Source: Spirochaetia bacterium
Lineage (GTDB): Bacteria; Spirochaetota; Spirochaetia; DSM-2461
Length of the DNA stretch: 64,000 nt
Direction: 5' to 3'
Assembly (NCBI GenBank): GCA_963666985.2
Contig: CAXXIA010000002.1
Span: forward strand, 1,952,001 to 2,016,000
Numbering within the stretch: position 1 is the first letter of the stretch; every line of letters begins with the position of its first letter. The position numbers and the translations under genes are program-made. Under the pieces are notes generated by a model, which saw nothing but the letters and a program-made list of their open reading frames with translations, made no database searches and was not told the origin of the DNA. Positions 19,997 to 29,466 of the stretch are shown piece after piece.

Positions 19997-22900
19997 TTTT
20001 CTTTCGAAGATCGCGTGTAAACAGATTCTTCTTCACTTACCGGTACGACCTTCTTGCCTTCCTTCTTATTCTGCTCATTATCGTCTGGTACTATTTTCCT
20101 CTTTGGGAGAAAGGGCTGATTATCTTCAGCGATTTGGACTTCCCTCTTGATTCTTCCCGCTATCTTGAAGAAATTTTCGACCTATGGAATCCCCGATGGA
20201 ATACCGGAACGATGCTGAATCTGCCGCGCCTTATTTACGTTCTGCCTTCTTGGTTATTATCCCAATTCTTCGAAAGCCGCGGTGATATATTTCAGAAAGC
20301 TCTGATATTTCAAATTCTCATTACCAGTGCCATATCGATGTATTTATTCACGAAACGGATCGTTTCGGTAACCCTCGGACGCGATTTCGACTTTTTTAAG
20401 ACACTTGCTTTAATCGGTGGTTCACTTTTTTACACGATCAATCCCTGGATCATCACCCGAATCCAGCACTTGTATCTGCTGTGCGGCTACAGCTTATTTC
20501 CGCTTCTTCTCCTGTTTTTTTTCAATGCCTTCGATCCGCGCTACGCCGCGCAATTAATCCCCGATTATTCGGTCTTTCATATCAGGCCCTACAAACGGAC
20601 CCTCTGGGACCTTGCGATGGGCGGCTTGGTACTCTCCGTTCTGTCCGCCGCCATTCACTATTTTTTCTTTGCCCTCCTTTTTCTGGGCGGATTCTCGGTT
20701 CTCATGCTTCTGAAAATTCTCTGGGACAACAAAGGGGCCGGTCGACGAAGAAAAAACGCCATAGTCTTTTCGCTCATACTTAAGGCCGCCATCCTTGGCG
20801 GATTCACTCTTATTTTTTCCTTCTATTGGTTCGGTCCCTACTTCGCAGGGATTCTGACCGGAGCCCAGGCCAGTCAGCACAATATCAACGTTGTCGATAC
20901 GCTGGTTCAATTCAGCCGGCACAGTCAGCTTTTCAATGTCCTGCTGCTGAACAGCTATTGGTGGCCGATGTTCGACTTGAGATCTCTTTCTTTGGGTTTT
21001 TATGTTTCCGGCGCGATTATGATTCTCTTAGTTTTCATGGGTGCACTCTCTTGGGGACCAAGAAACCGTTTGGTGATGTTCTTCGCCGTTCTCACGGCGG
21101 GGCTGCTCATCTTGGCTACCGGAACACGGTTCTCTCCGGTGGCGAAACTGTTTATTCCTCTGGTAATGAAGACACCGATTTTCGGCAACATCTTTCGAGA
21201 CCCCAACAAACTGCTGGGACTGGCGGCCGTCGGCTACAGCGTTCTGATTACCGCGGCTCTGGAATCTCTCTTCGCATCCCGGTGGCTTACCCGTGCCGGT
21301 GCCGATTTGTTTAAGGTGGCGGTTGTTTTCTTTTTCGCTTTCGCGCTCTGGGGCTACATCAGTCCGTATCATCGGGAGTATGTTTCCCGATTCTATGCGG
21401 CAACCGAACCTCCGGAGGAGTATAAACGGGTTCAGGAATCTTTCAGTTCCGAAGGAAAAGTGCTGCACTTCCCCCTCTCGGAGGAGATGCTGCAGAGTCC
21501 GTCCGGAGTCGCCACTCCTTATTGGAACCTACTCAAGGATCCTCCTCGGGAGAAAGCGACCGGTGATTTTGCCGTTTACAGTTCTCTTAAAAACAGTTTT
21601 TTTCACCATGAAGGGAATCCGCCTGAAATCGGGGGGTACTTTCGATTCCTCCACCGGCTGTGGGATGAAGGTCTTACCCTGCGGACGGGAGAATTGCTGA
21701 AACCCCTTGCCGTTAACGAAATGGCCTACCGTGACGAGTATCAAGGACACGAGGGACGCCAGGATTTTCACAAGGATCTTCTCTCCCGCCAGATTGACCT
21801 CCGTCTGACGGATGAAATCGGTGATTTCAGCGTGTATTCCGTGGAGAATCCCATGATGGGACTCCGTGAATTGGATAATGAAGTCTATACACCCTACGGT
21901 TTTTCCCAACTGGTTACCTATTCCAGCCTCCCGGACTTTTCTTTGTCGAAGAGCGGCGTGATGTTCACCGACCAAAAAACCGGCAGCGACATTCTGGGAC
22001 ACATCGATAAGGAGGATTCCGTCGACGCCCGGTATTTCGAGGACATTTGGCTGAACAATCTTTCTCCGGAATATTACCTTTTCCCCTCAAGGATGGTAGA
22101 CCGCGGCAACGTATTCCTTGGCTGGGCCCAGACAATGTCGCTGAGCAGTGATTGGAGTTGGCATTTGGGTTCTCAGGATCTAGGACGGATTGCCGATTCC
22201 ATGGATTTTCATCAAGGGATGGTCGCCACATATGCCAGCAGTACCATTCATGTCCCACTTTATCACTGGGCCGACCTTCAGGGAGATTTGGTGATGAACT
22301 TCAATTCCATGCTGAGGCAGAATCTTTTCTTTAAGGCCGATAATCCTCAGCTGTTCGTTGTACGGGCTAATCCCTTGAGCCGCAGCAATAAAATTCCCAC
22401 CCTGCACGGAGAAATCGTCAAAGGAACGCCTAAAGCGATTTGGCAAGTGGCGAAATCCGGCCTTATCGACGCACGAAGTGATAATCCTTACCAGTTTCGC
22501 GTAAGGCTGTCCGGTCGCGGAGCCCATAACCTCCACGTTAAAGTTCGATTTTACGACGTGGAACATAAGGAAATGGGCCTAACCTATGTCATGGCTCCGG
22601 GTGAGCTGGTGGATTTCGACGAGATAGATTTTTATGGTGAATATGTAACCCCGGGCGGTGCCCGGTGGATGCGTATCGATCTTCTTTCATATCAGCGGGA
22701 GGAACAGGCGGTTTATTGGTGGATTCACGACGTGGAAATCATGGATCTCGTGGACTACAAGGAGGACAACAGTTTTCAGGTGGAATGGAATCAATCCGCC
22801 TTACCCTACGCGACCGAGGCCGACGTATATATCAGGGCGTTCAGTTCCGTTAAAGGCGGTATTCTTGAAGTCGCTTCGGATTCTCAGACTTATTCCATCG

Positions 22901-24420
22901 ATACGAAAAATCAATATCCTCAAGGATTTCACTGGCATAAAGCGGGACGATTCATCCTTGAACCGGGGATGAATCCCATCAGGGTGATTAATCGGGCGGG
23001 ATTCAACGGAGTGAACGCCTTGGCTGTGATTCCGGCGGCGGACCGCGACGCAACCCGCATGCCCGCTTTTTCCGCTTTGGCTCGGGCCCGTCTTTTCACG
23101 GTTTTTGAAGCCGAAAGCGATTTCTTTCAGGACGGACATCTTCAAACCACGAGATGTTATCCGGTGGCGAGTATGGGAGCGGTTGTGCGGGAAAGAGAAG
23201 GAATTCTTCGCCGTACCGTCGACATTCATCGTTCCGGATATTACCGTTTGACCTTTCAAGGCGGAGGTATTCCGGAAGCTTCGGGTTTGGAAGTAATGCT
23301 TAAGAATGAAGAGGGAACTGCTGTTTTGAGCCGGCAAATTCTCTGGGAGGAGACACACACCCTCACCGAACCGGCGGACGTTATCGCGTGGGAGCCCTCC
23401 AAACCGGAACTTCCCTATACCCGAAGCCGTTTTCCGATGAATAACGCTCTCCGGAACTATCAGCAGCTGTCGATATCGGATATTCCTCTCGCCCGCGGAC
23501 GCTACACCTTGGAACTCCGTTTGGAAACCCAAGGCCTCTCGCTTATCACTCCAGGTGATCTTCGATATTTCGATCCCTCCACCGTGCTTATTCCCGATTA
23601 TCAGGTTCCCGCGAGTATGGAAGACTGTTCAACATGTGAACGGATTCGACCGGACATGATGCGATTTCAATGGGAAGATAATGATCGCTCTCTTCGCCGC
23701 ATTATCATGGACTCCACCTGTTCCTGCGATTGGTATGTCGCTTCGTCGCAGAAAATTCCCGTAACACCGCTGCATGAATATCTCATACGGTTCGACGCGG
23801 TCTCCCGGGGAATACTGAAGCGCCACGGAAAAGTATTTTTTCTCGATGCCGACGGAATGATTATCAAGACCGAATACATCCGTGAAGTGGAAGAGGACAA
23901 AAAGGTCGAATGGAATCATTACGAACATCTGGCGACGGCTCCTTCGGACGCCGCGGCGATGCTGCTCCAATTTTGGGCCCGGGGAAACAAGCTGACCGAT
24001 GGCTGGCTGGATCTCCGCGGTTTGGATGTTTTTCCCTGGAACGATTTGTCCTATCTGGATTGGGTCTTCCTCCGGGAAGAGGCTCGTGCGCCGTTTACCG
24101 GCGAGAAGAGAAAGGAGCCGGACCGGGAGATTCTCGTTAATACGGAATATCCTCTCCTTCCGATGTGGCATTGGCGGGACGGACAGGGAAGTCGGCAGGG
24201 AGAGTACGCCGTCAACGGACTGACTCTCGGTTTTTTCACCAAGGAAGGAATAACCGAGGACTCCACACTTTTCATACCTCTTTCCAAAATCTATCGATTT
24301 GGATTGGCTCTTTTTATCTTGGGGATTCTCGGGTTGGTTCTCTTTGGAATGACGCCATTCCTGAAACGAACAAAACCGTTCCGCGCGGTTCGGGAACGGT
24401 TTGTTCGTCATTTGAAATAA
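19993..24420 (+). CDS. Large polytopic membrane protein, putative GT-C glycosyltransferase with extracytoplasmic carbohydrate-binding-like domains
   Basis: About 12-13 TM segments in aa 20-455, acidic first loop FSDLDFP, IFRDPNK motif, ~950-aa beta-rich region, C-terminal TM. This resembles the AftD/DUF3367/YfhO-type layout. Confidence 0.6.
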   Translation: MIFFRRSRVNRFFFTYRYDLLAFLLILLIIVWYYFPLWEKGLIIFSDLDFPLDSSRYLEEIFDLWNPRWNTGTMLNLPRLIYVLPSWLLSQFFESRGDIFQKALIFQILITSAISMYLFTKRIVSVTLGRDFDFFKTLALIGGSLFYTINPWIITRIQHLYLLCGYSLFPLLLLFFFNAFDPRYAAQLIPDYSVFHIRPYKRTLWDLAMGGLVLSVLSAAIHYFFFALLFLGGFSVLMLLKILWDNKGAGRRRKNAIVFSLILKAAILGGFTLIFSFYWFGPYFAGILTGAQASQHNINVVDTLVQFSRHSQLFNVLLLNSYWWPMFDLRSLSLGFYVSGAIMILLVFMGALSWGPRNRLVMFFAVLTAGLLILATGTRFSPVAKLFIPLVMKTPIFGNIFRDPNKLLGLAAVGYSVLITAALESLFASRWLTRAGADLFKVAVVFFFAFALWGYISPYHREYVSRFYAATEPPEEYKRVQESFSSEGKVLHFPLSEEMLQSPSGVATPYWNLLKDPPREKATGDFAVYSSLKNSFFHHEGNPPEIGGYFRFLHRLWDEGLTLRTGELLKPLAVNEMAYRDEYQGHEGRQDFHKDLLSRQIDLRLTDEIGDFSVYSVENPMMGLRELDNEVYTPYGFSQLVTYSSLPDFSLSKSGVMFTDQKTGSDILGHIDKEDSVDARYFEDIWLNNLSPEYYLFPSRMVDRGNVFLGWAQTMSLSSDWSWHLGSQDLGRIADSMDFHQGMVATYASSTIHVPLYHWADLQGDLVMNFNSMLRQNLFFKADNPQLFVVRANPLSRSNKIPTLHGEIVKGTPKAIWQVAKSGLIDARSDNPYQFRVRLSGRGAHNLHVKVRFYDVEHKEMGLTYVMAPGELVDFDEIDFYGEYVTPGGARWMRIDLLSYQREEQAVYWWIHDVEIMDLVDYKEDNSFQVEWNQSALPYATEADVYIRAFSSVKGGILEVASDSQTYSIDTKNQYPQGFHWHKAGRFILEPGMNPIRVINRAGFNGVNALAVIPAADRDATRMPAFSALARARLFTVFEAESDFFQDGHLQTTRCYPVASMGAVVREREGILRRTVDIHRSGYYRLTFQGGGIPEASGLEVMLKNEEGTAVLSRQILWEETHTLTEPADVIAWEPSKPELPYTRSRFPMNNALRNYQQLSISDIPLARGRYTLELRLETQGLSLITPGDLRYFDPSTVLIPDYQVPASMEDCSTCERIRPDMMRFQWEDNDRSLRRIIMDSTCSCDWYVASSQKIPVTPLHEYLIRFDAVSRGILKRHGKVFFLDADGMIIKTEYIREVEEDKKVEWNHYEHLATAPSDAAAMLLQFWARGNKLTDGWLDLRGLDVFPWNDLSYLDWVFLREEARAPFTGEKRKEPDREILVNTEYPLLPMWHWRDGQGSRQGEYAVNGLTLGFFTKEGITEDSTLFIPLSKIYRFGLALFILGILGLVLFGMTPFLKRTKPFRAVRERFVRHLK

Positions 24421-24423
24421 TCG

Positions 24424-26349
24424 TTAGTAGAACAACAGGCCGGTGTTACGGTATCCGGGCTTATCCACATACCAATCTTCGTAAGTTACACCTCGGCTCT
24501 CCACCCAGTCGGTGAAGTGGTTATAGACGTTGGCGATGTGGACATCGTCCTGGGGATACCGGAAGCTCACGGGTAAATGAATAGCCCAAGGCTGTTCGTC
24601 GACTGTCTTGTACATATAGTCCGTACCCAGAATGCTGTAATCATCAAAGGAACCGAAATACTCGAAATGCGCCAGGTCCGTCTGTGGTTTACCGGGCAGA
24701 TGTACCTCCCGTCCCCGTTCTCCATTACTCATAATAAAAGGATTGTAGGGAGCGAACCCTAATTCTTCCCGGGTAACGCCGTGGGAGAGACGTACGGTTA
24801 TCACCAAATATTCAATATTTTGGGGTGAATAATTTGCATTGGCATCTTCAAAAACCGGAATCACCGCATAGTCCTGGCGCTCTTCAACCCCGTTGGCGGC
24901 CAGCTTCATATAACCGACGGTGTCGCTGTATCCGGTGACGGACGCGACGGCGGAAGGATCTATCCCCAGTTCCACGGCAAAACCGTTTCGCATGCTGGCC
25001 ACGATGCCCTTAACGGCGAAGGTTCCTTTTAAGGCGATGATTTCACCATCGGCGTTGAACGATTCCTCCCAGTTGTAATCGATAACCAAGTCGTTGAAAT
25101 CATAGTCCCCCATGTATGGCCATAAATCTTCGTAGGCCAGGGTTCCGAATTCGCCTTTCGCCGGTGAGTAACTGATGGAATGAACAGCGTCTGATGTCGC
25201 CGCAAGAATCACCGATTCGTTTATGCTCGTTGTACCGCCGGGAGAGGACGTTGCGGCGGTGTCGTTTTTCGAGACCAACTGTGAATTATCAATAGCCGTT
25301 ATCGGGTTGGACGTTACGGAGAATACGGCGTCGTTGAAATCGTTGTCGCCTCCGGGGCGCCTAAGATCTTCAAAGGAGAGAACCACGCGTTCTTCGAAAT
25401 CGATTTGAACGACATGCTGGCGATATCCGGCGGAATCGGGATTGAAGTCCGAATAGGAATAGAACCGGTTGTTGCCGTTGGTTACGTCTTTGATGGTCGT
25501 GGAATACCCGTTGGCGATAAGAACCCAGCCTATGCTGGTGCCCGCCGGGAATCGGCCGATATGCACCTTATCACCGGAGATCAATCCACCTCCGGAACCG
25601 CTGTAGGAAACATTGGGGAAGATGATCGTCAAATCCCCGTCGGCCAAAGAGCCGGGGATGCCCTGTTCCGTCGGATAGGTGTAGTAAGCCAGAGTGTTGC
25701 GGTATCCCGCACCCTCATGAATGAATGTTACCCAGACTTCCGCTTCTTCCAGAAGATGTACCTCCGTTTCCTTGCCGTTGAGGTATTGCGGCCGGTAATC
25801 GGGTACGGGCTGGTACTCCGGGAGGGCGGCATTCAATTCACTGAGGAACGTTGTGCTCAGAACATCCCGACCGTCCAGATAATTGGGAACACCGGAACTG
25901 TTCCAGGAACCGAGTGTCTGGAAATCGGTGGAAGTACTATAGGCACTATTAGAAGCCGCGAGAGGGATTTGGGAACTTTCAGAAGCCGCGGCCGAGTAAT
26001 CGTGGAAAAAACGATTATTATTTTCCGTAAGTACAACGAAAGACGGAAGTCCTATGACCGCTGTCCGCAATTCAACTTCCGTAATATACGAGGCAAGATT
26101 GAGTTGACCTTCAAAGGCTCCTTCCTCATTGAAAAAACCTTGAAGAACCAGTGAGTCTTCCGAATAGATTTGGAATCCCGCCAGAGCCAAACCGCCTTTG
26201 ATGATCAGAGATGTCTGATCGGTGGTTTCATAATTAAAAGCGGTGTTGGTACTTTTGGAAGCCGCCGATCCGTCGTTGAAGGGATTCGTGCAGGCATTGC
26301 CCAGAATGATGATTCCAACCGTAATAATAACGATGATTATTTTGTTCAT
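24424..26349 (-). CDS. LruC-domain (DUF4114/DUF4842) lipoprotein
   Basis: Lipobox LGNA-C at aa 20, FIHEGAGYRN, FEDL....DNDFND, TLAYEDLWP..GDYDFNDLV, PYNPFI...RGREVHLPG, PWAI. Confidence 0.85.
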   Translation of the reverse strand: MNKIIIVIITVGIIILGNACTNPFNDGSAASKSTNTAFNYETTDQTSLIIKGGLALAGFQIYSEDSLVLQGFFNEEGAFEGQLNLASYITEVELRTAVIGLPSFVVLTENNNRFFHDYSAAASESSQIPLAASNSAYSTSTDFQTLGSWNSSGVPNYLDGRDVLSTTFLSELNAALPEYQPVPDYRPQYLNGKETEVHLLEEAEVWVTFIHEGAGYRNTLAYYTYPTEQGIPGSLADGDLTIIFPNVSYSGSGGGLISGDKVHIGRFPAGTSIGWVLIANGYSTTIKDVTNGNNRFYSYSDFNPDSAGYRQHVVQIDFEERVVLSFEDLRRPGGDNDFNDAVFSVTSNPITAIDNSQLVSKNDTAATSSPGGTTSINESVILAATSDAVHSISYSPAKGEFGTLAYEDLWPYMGDYDFNDLVIDYNWEESFNADGEIIALKGTFAVKGIVASMRNGFAVELGIDPSAVASVTGYSDTVGYMKLAANGVEERQDYAVIPVFEDANANYSPQNIEYLVITVRLSHGVTREELGFAPYNPFIMSNGERGREVHLPGKPQTDLAHFEYFGSFDDYSILGTDYMYKTVDEQPWAIHLPVSFRYPQDDVHIANVYNHFTDWVESRGVTYEDWYVDKPGYRNTGLLFY

Positions 26350-26393
26350 ATAGTGTTTCTCCGATCCTGCAAATAAGATGTATCTGGAGAAAA

Positions 26394-26408
26394 GCAACTA
26401 TCGTGCCA
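26394..26408 (-). promoter_or_regulatory. Sigma-54 (-24/-12) promoter of the LruC gene
   Basis: Minus strand TGGCACGATAGTTGC matches consensus TGGCAC-N5-TTGC, 45 bp upstream of ATG 26349. Confidence 0.85.
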
Positions 26409-26499
26409 GATGGCTCCGCGGCATTCAGAGGCGTCCGGCAGTCTCCGCCGGCTATAAGTTGGGTTTATCTGTATACAGTGTGAAGTTTATTTCACACCT

Positions 26500-27666
26500 T
26501 CATTTCATATGGAGCTGGATCAGGGTAACTTCATCTTCCCGAGGGACCAAATCTCGACTTGCAAATGCTTGATCGATGGTTTTGACCAAATCTTCCATCG
26601 TTCCATTTGCCGCCAAGTGATTTTTAATGATAAGCCGAAGATCCTGCTCGGTAAAATCATCTTCCAACTGTCCGACAGGATATATTCCGTCGGTGGTAAT
26701 AATGACTTGTTCACCAGTGTGAAGCGTTATTTCTCCATCCGACCATCGATGCTCCGGCTCCACGCCCAGCGGGAGGGCCTTTTGCCCGATAAGGAACAGC
26801 TGCCCGTTGGCGTAATGAATAAAGGGTGGCTGTCCCGCTTGAGCCACCTGAACGGTTCTTTCACCGGTGTGACAGAAAAGAACGGTAAGGGAAACGAATG
26901 ATTCTTCCGGCAGAAATCCCGGTCGACACAAGCGTTCATTAAGAATCCTCAGAACGTCGGAGGGATGAGAGAACTCCCCGAGCTGAGGTATCAGTTCGAC
27001 ATGAATCAATCCTTTCAGCAGCAACGCGGTGAGTGCGGAGGTAAGACCGGTACCGGCGACGTCGCCGAGAAGAACGGCGAACCTATGTTCGTCAATAGTG
27101 TGAATATCCCAATAATCACCGCCGAAAGGATAATCCGGACCTTGACTATGATATAAATCGAGCGAAACACCGCGAATCTCCGGGATTTCCTTGCTTCGAT
27201 AGATTTTCTGATAACGCAGGGCCCTTTCCCATTCCGCCTTTTGAAGTTTTTCCAGCCGGCGGCTGTTACGACGGTGGCGAAACAGTTCCAGACCGCGCTC
27301 GATTTGTATGAGAAGATTCTGCTTTTCCCAGGGTTTTTCCAAGAATCCGAATAGATTATAAGTGAGAAAATCCGGAATATCCGCGGTTGAAACGTACCCG
27401 GAAAGAACGATGGCAACCACATCCGGATGATTTTCGCTGATGTTTTTGAGCAATTCTCCGCCTTTAGTTCCCGGCATATTGAGGTCGGTAATCAGAACCG
27501 CGATTTCTTCTTTTTTCAGGATTTCCAACGCCTGAGAGACAACCAAGGCAATTTCTATCTTATGATTTCCTTCGGCCGCCCATGTCCGTAGATCGCGCTT
27601 CAAAGCCGTTAAAATTGCCGGTTCGTCATCAACAAGCAGAATCGTTTCGCCGCCTTTAGTTTTCAT
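26500..27666 (-). CDS. Response regulator fused to PP2C/SpoIIE phosphatase
   Basis: LLVDDE...ITDLNMP...KPW receiver; GGDYWD, GDVAGTG, TDG, EDEVT. Confidence 0.88.
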   Translation of the reverse strand: MKTKGGETILLVDDEPAILTALKRDLRTWAAEGNHKIEIALVVSQALEILKKEEIAVLITDLNMPGTKGGELLKNISENHPDVVAIVLSGYVSTADIPDFLTYNLFGFLEKPWEKQNLLIQIERGLELFRHRRNSRRLEKLQKAEWERALRYQKIYRSKEIPEIRGVSLDLYHSQGPDYPFGGDYWDIHTIDEHRFAVLLGDVAGTGLTSALTALLLKGLIHVELIPQLGEFSHPSDVLRILNERLCRPGFLPEESFVSLTVLFCHTGERTVQVAQAGQPPFIHYANGQLFLIGQKALPLGVEPEHRWSDGEITLHTGEQVIITTDGIYPVGQLEDDFTEQDLRLIIKNHLAANGTMEDLVKTIDQAFASRDLVPREDEVTLIQLHMK

Positions 27667-27676
27667 ATAATCTCCT

Positions 27677-29074
27677 CTATGCCCCTAACGGAAGAACCAC
27701 ACGGAATAAACTTCCCTTACCAAGGGTACTTTCCAATTCAATCTTTCCATGATGACGCTCCACAATGCCGTGGGAAATCGCCAACCCCAGTCCTGTTCCC
27801 TTATCGCCTTCTTTTGTCGTAAAAAAGGGCTCAAAAATTCGTTCCCGAACATCCTGGGGAATCCCTGCGCCGTCATCCTCAACTTCCAGGATTACCGCCG
27901 GAGGGTTTTGCCGAAGTCCGGTTCTGATTACGATGCGTCCCCGATCGGCGACAGCGTCGGCGGCGTTCAGGAGCAGATTTATCACCACTTGCTCCAGTTG
28001 ACCGGGATTCCCGAGAATCGGCGGCGTCTCCGAGAAAATCTTTTCTACGGTGCAGTGGTATTTAAGTTTGTTCCAAACCACCTGCAGGGAATCTTCGGCC
28101 ACGTCCGTTAAGGACACGGAAACGAAGCCCTCGTTTTCCTCACGAGCGAAAGTTTGGAGTCCTTTGACGATTTTACTGATTCTCCTGACTCCGGTTTCCG
28201 AATCCCGAAGAAGCGAGCGTATGTCTTCCTTGATAAATTCGAATTCTTCATCGGATTTGAGACGGATTATTTCCCGTCGGATGGTTTCCCTCGTTTTTTC
28301 CTCGGAACTGTTTTCCCATTGTGCATAGAGATCTAAAATTCGCGTGAAGGCCGTCACATACTCCGAGAGAGTTTGTGTGTTGCTCAGCAGGAAGCCCGTC
28401 GGATTATTGATTTCATGCGCTACACCGGCCGCCAGCCTGCCGATGGAGGCCATTTTAACCTGGTGGATCATTTGATTCTGGGCCTGTTCCAATTTGGTTA
28501 GGGATTCTTCAAGCTCCTTAGTGCGTTCGGCGACCCGACGCTCCAGTAGACGTGAATAGTCCTTAAGCTGACGATCCTTCAATTCGGCCGAATAAGCGTT
28601 GGCGATGATGCCGGATATGGTCTTCAGAAGTTCCAGATCTTTCTCTCGCCAGTGGCGAATCATGCAGTTCTCGTCAAAACCGATGAATCCCTTAATAACC
28701 CGTTCCATTTTCAAAGGATATACGAGCAGGGACTTAATCCCCTGGGGTTCGAGAATTGCCCGAAGATCGGGCGGGAGCAGCGTAATATCCTCGGAAAAAA
28801 CACGGCCGTCCTGTTCCAGCAAAGATTTCCAAGACGGAATCAATTCATACGGAATGCCCTGCAATTCTTCCTTTTGGGGCGGGATGCCGTTGTTACACCA
28901 TTCGAAAGCATTACTGGTGGTCAGTCCCTCATCATCGTCCACAAAGATATACACGCGGCTGACATTCAGGTGACGGCCGATTGTGTCCAAAACAGAATCA
29001 ATTCGGATGTTGAAGTTCTGCTGCTGGTTAATCAGGTTTAAAGCGATTTCCGAGAGCACCCGCAGATCTTTCAT
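27677..29074 (-). CDS. Cytoplasmic GAF-domain histidine kinase
   Basis: SRVYIF..FEWC..GFIGFD GAF; AGVAHEINNP; NLLLNA, DDGAG, FFTTK, GTGLGL. ATG 29074 overlaps the upstream stop. Confidence 0.92.
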   Translation of the reverse strand: MKDLRVLSEIALNLINQQQNFNIRIDSVLDTIGRHLNVSRVYIFVDDDEGLTTSNAFEWCNNGIPPQKEELQGIPYELIPSWKSLLEQDGRVFSEDITLLPPDLRAILEPQGIKSLLVYPLKMERVIKGFIGFDENCMIRHWREKDLELLKTISGIIANAYSAELKDRQLKDYSRLLERRVAERTKELEESLTKLEQAQNQMIHQVKMASIGRLAAGVAHEINNPTGFLLSNTQTLSEYVTAFTRILDLYAQWENSSEEKTRETIRREIIRLKSDEEFEFIKEDIRSLLRDSETGVRRISKIVKGLQTFAREENEGFVSVSLTDVAEDSLQVVWNKLKYHCTVEKIFSETPPILGNPGQLEQVVINLLLNAADAVADRGRIVIRTGLRQNPPAVILEVEDDGAGIPQDVRERIFEPFFTTKEGDKGTGLGLAISHGIVERHHGKIELESTLGKGSLFRVVLPLGA

Positions 29075-29466
29075 GAGATATTTTCTCCGTACTTGGCCGC
29101 GGCTTCCATCAGAATGCCGATCAAATGATCCTTCTCCCAAGGTTTGGGAATAAATCGAAAGATTTCAGCCTCGTTGATGGCTCCCACAAGGATGTCCATA
29201 TCGGTGAATCCCGAAATCATAATCCGAACGACCGACGGCCAGCGGTTCTTGATTTCCGTAAGAAGGCTGACTCCGTCGCGTTCGGGCATTTTGTGGTCCG
29301 ACATTACGATCATCGGCTGCGATGATTCCAATAGGGCGATGGCTTCGGCTGCGTTGGGTGCCGATTCAACGACGAACGGTTCTTTGCGCAGCTGGCGTTT
29401 GAGGGAGGCGAGCACCGCGGCATCGTCATCCACCAGCAGCAGGGTATAAGGTTCGGAAACATTCAT
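29071..29466 (-). CDS. Stand-alone response regulator receiver
   Basis: LLVDDD, SDHKMP, ISG, KPW. Confidence 0.9.
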   Translation of the reverse strand: MNVSEPYTLLLVDDDAAVLASLKRQLRKEPFVVESAPNAAEAIALLESSQPMIVMSDHKMPERDGVSLLTEIKNRWPSVVRIMISGFTDMDILVGAINEAEIFRFIPKPWEKDHLIGILMEAAAKYGENIS

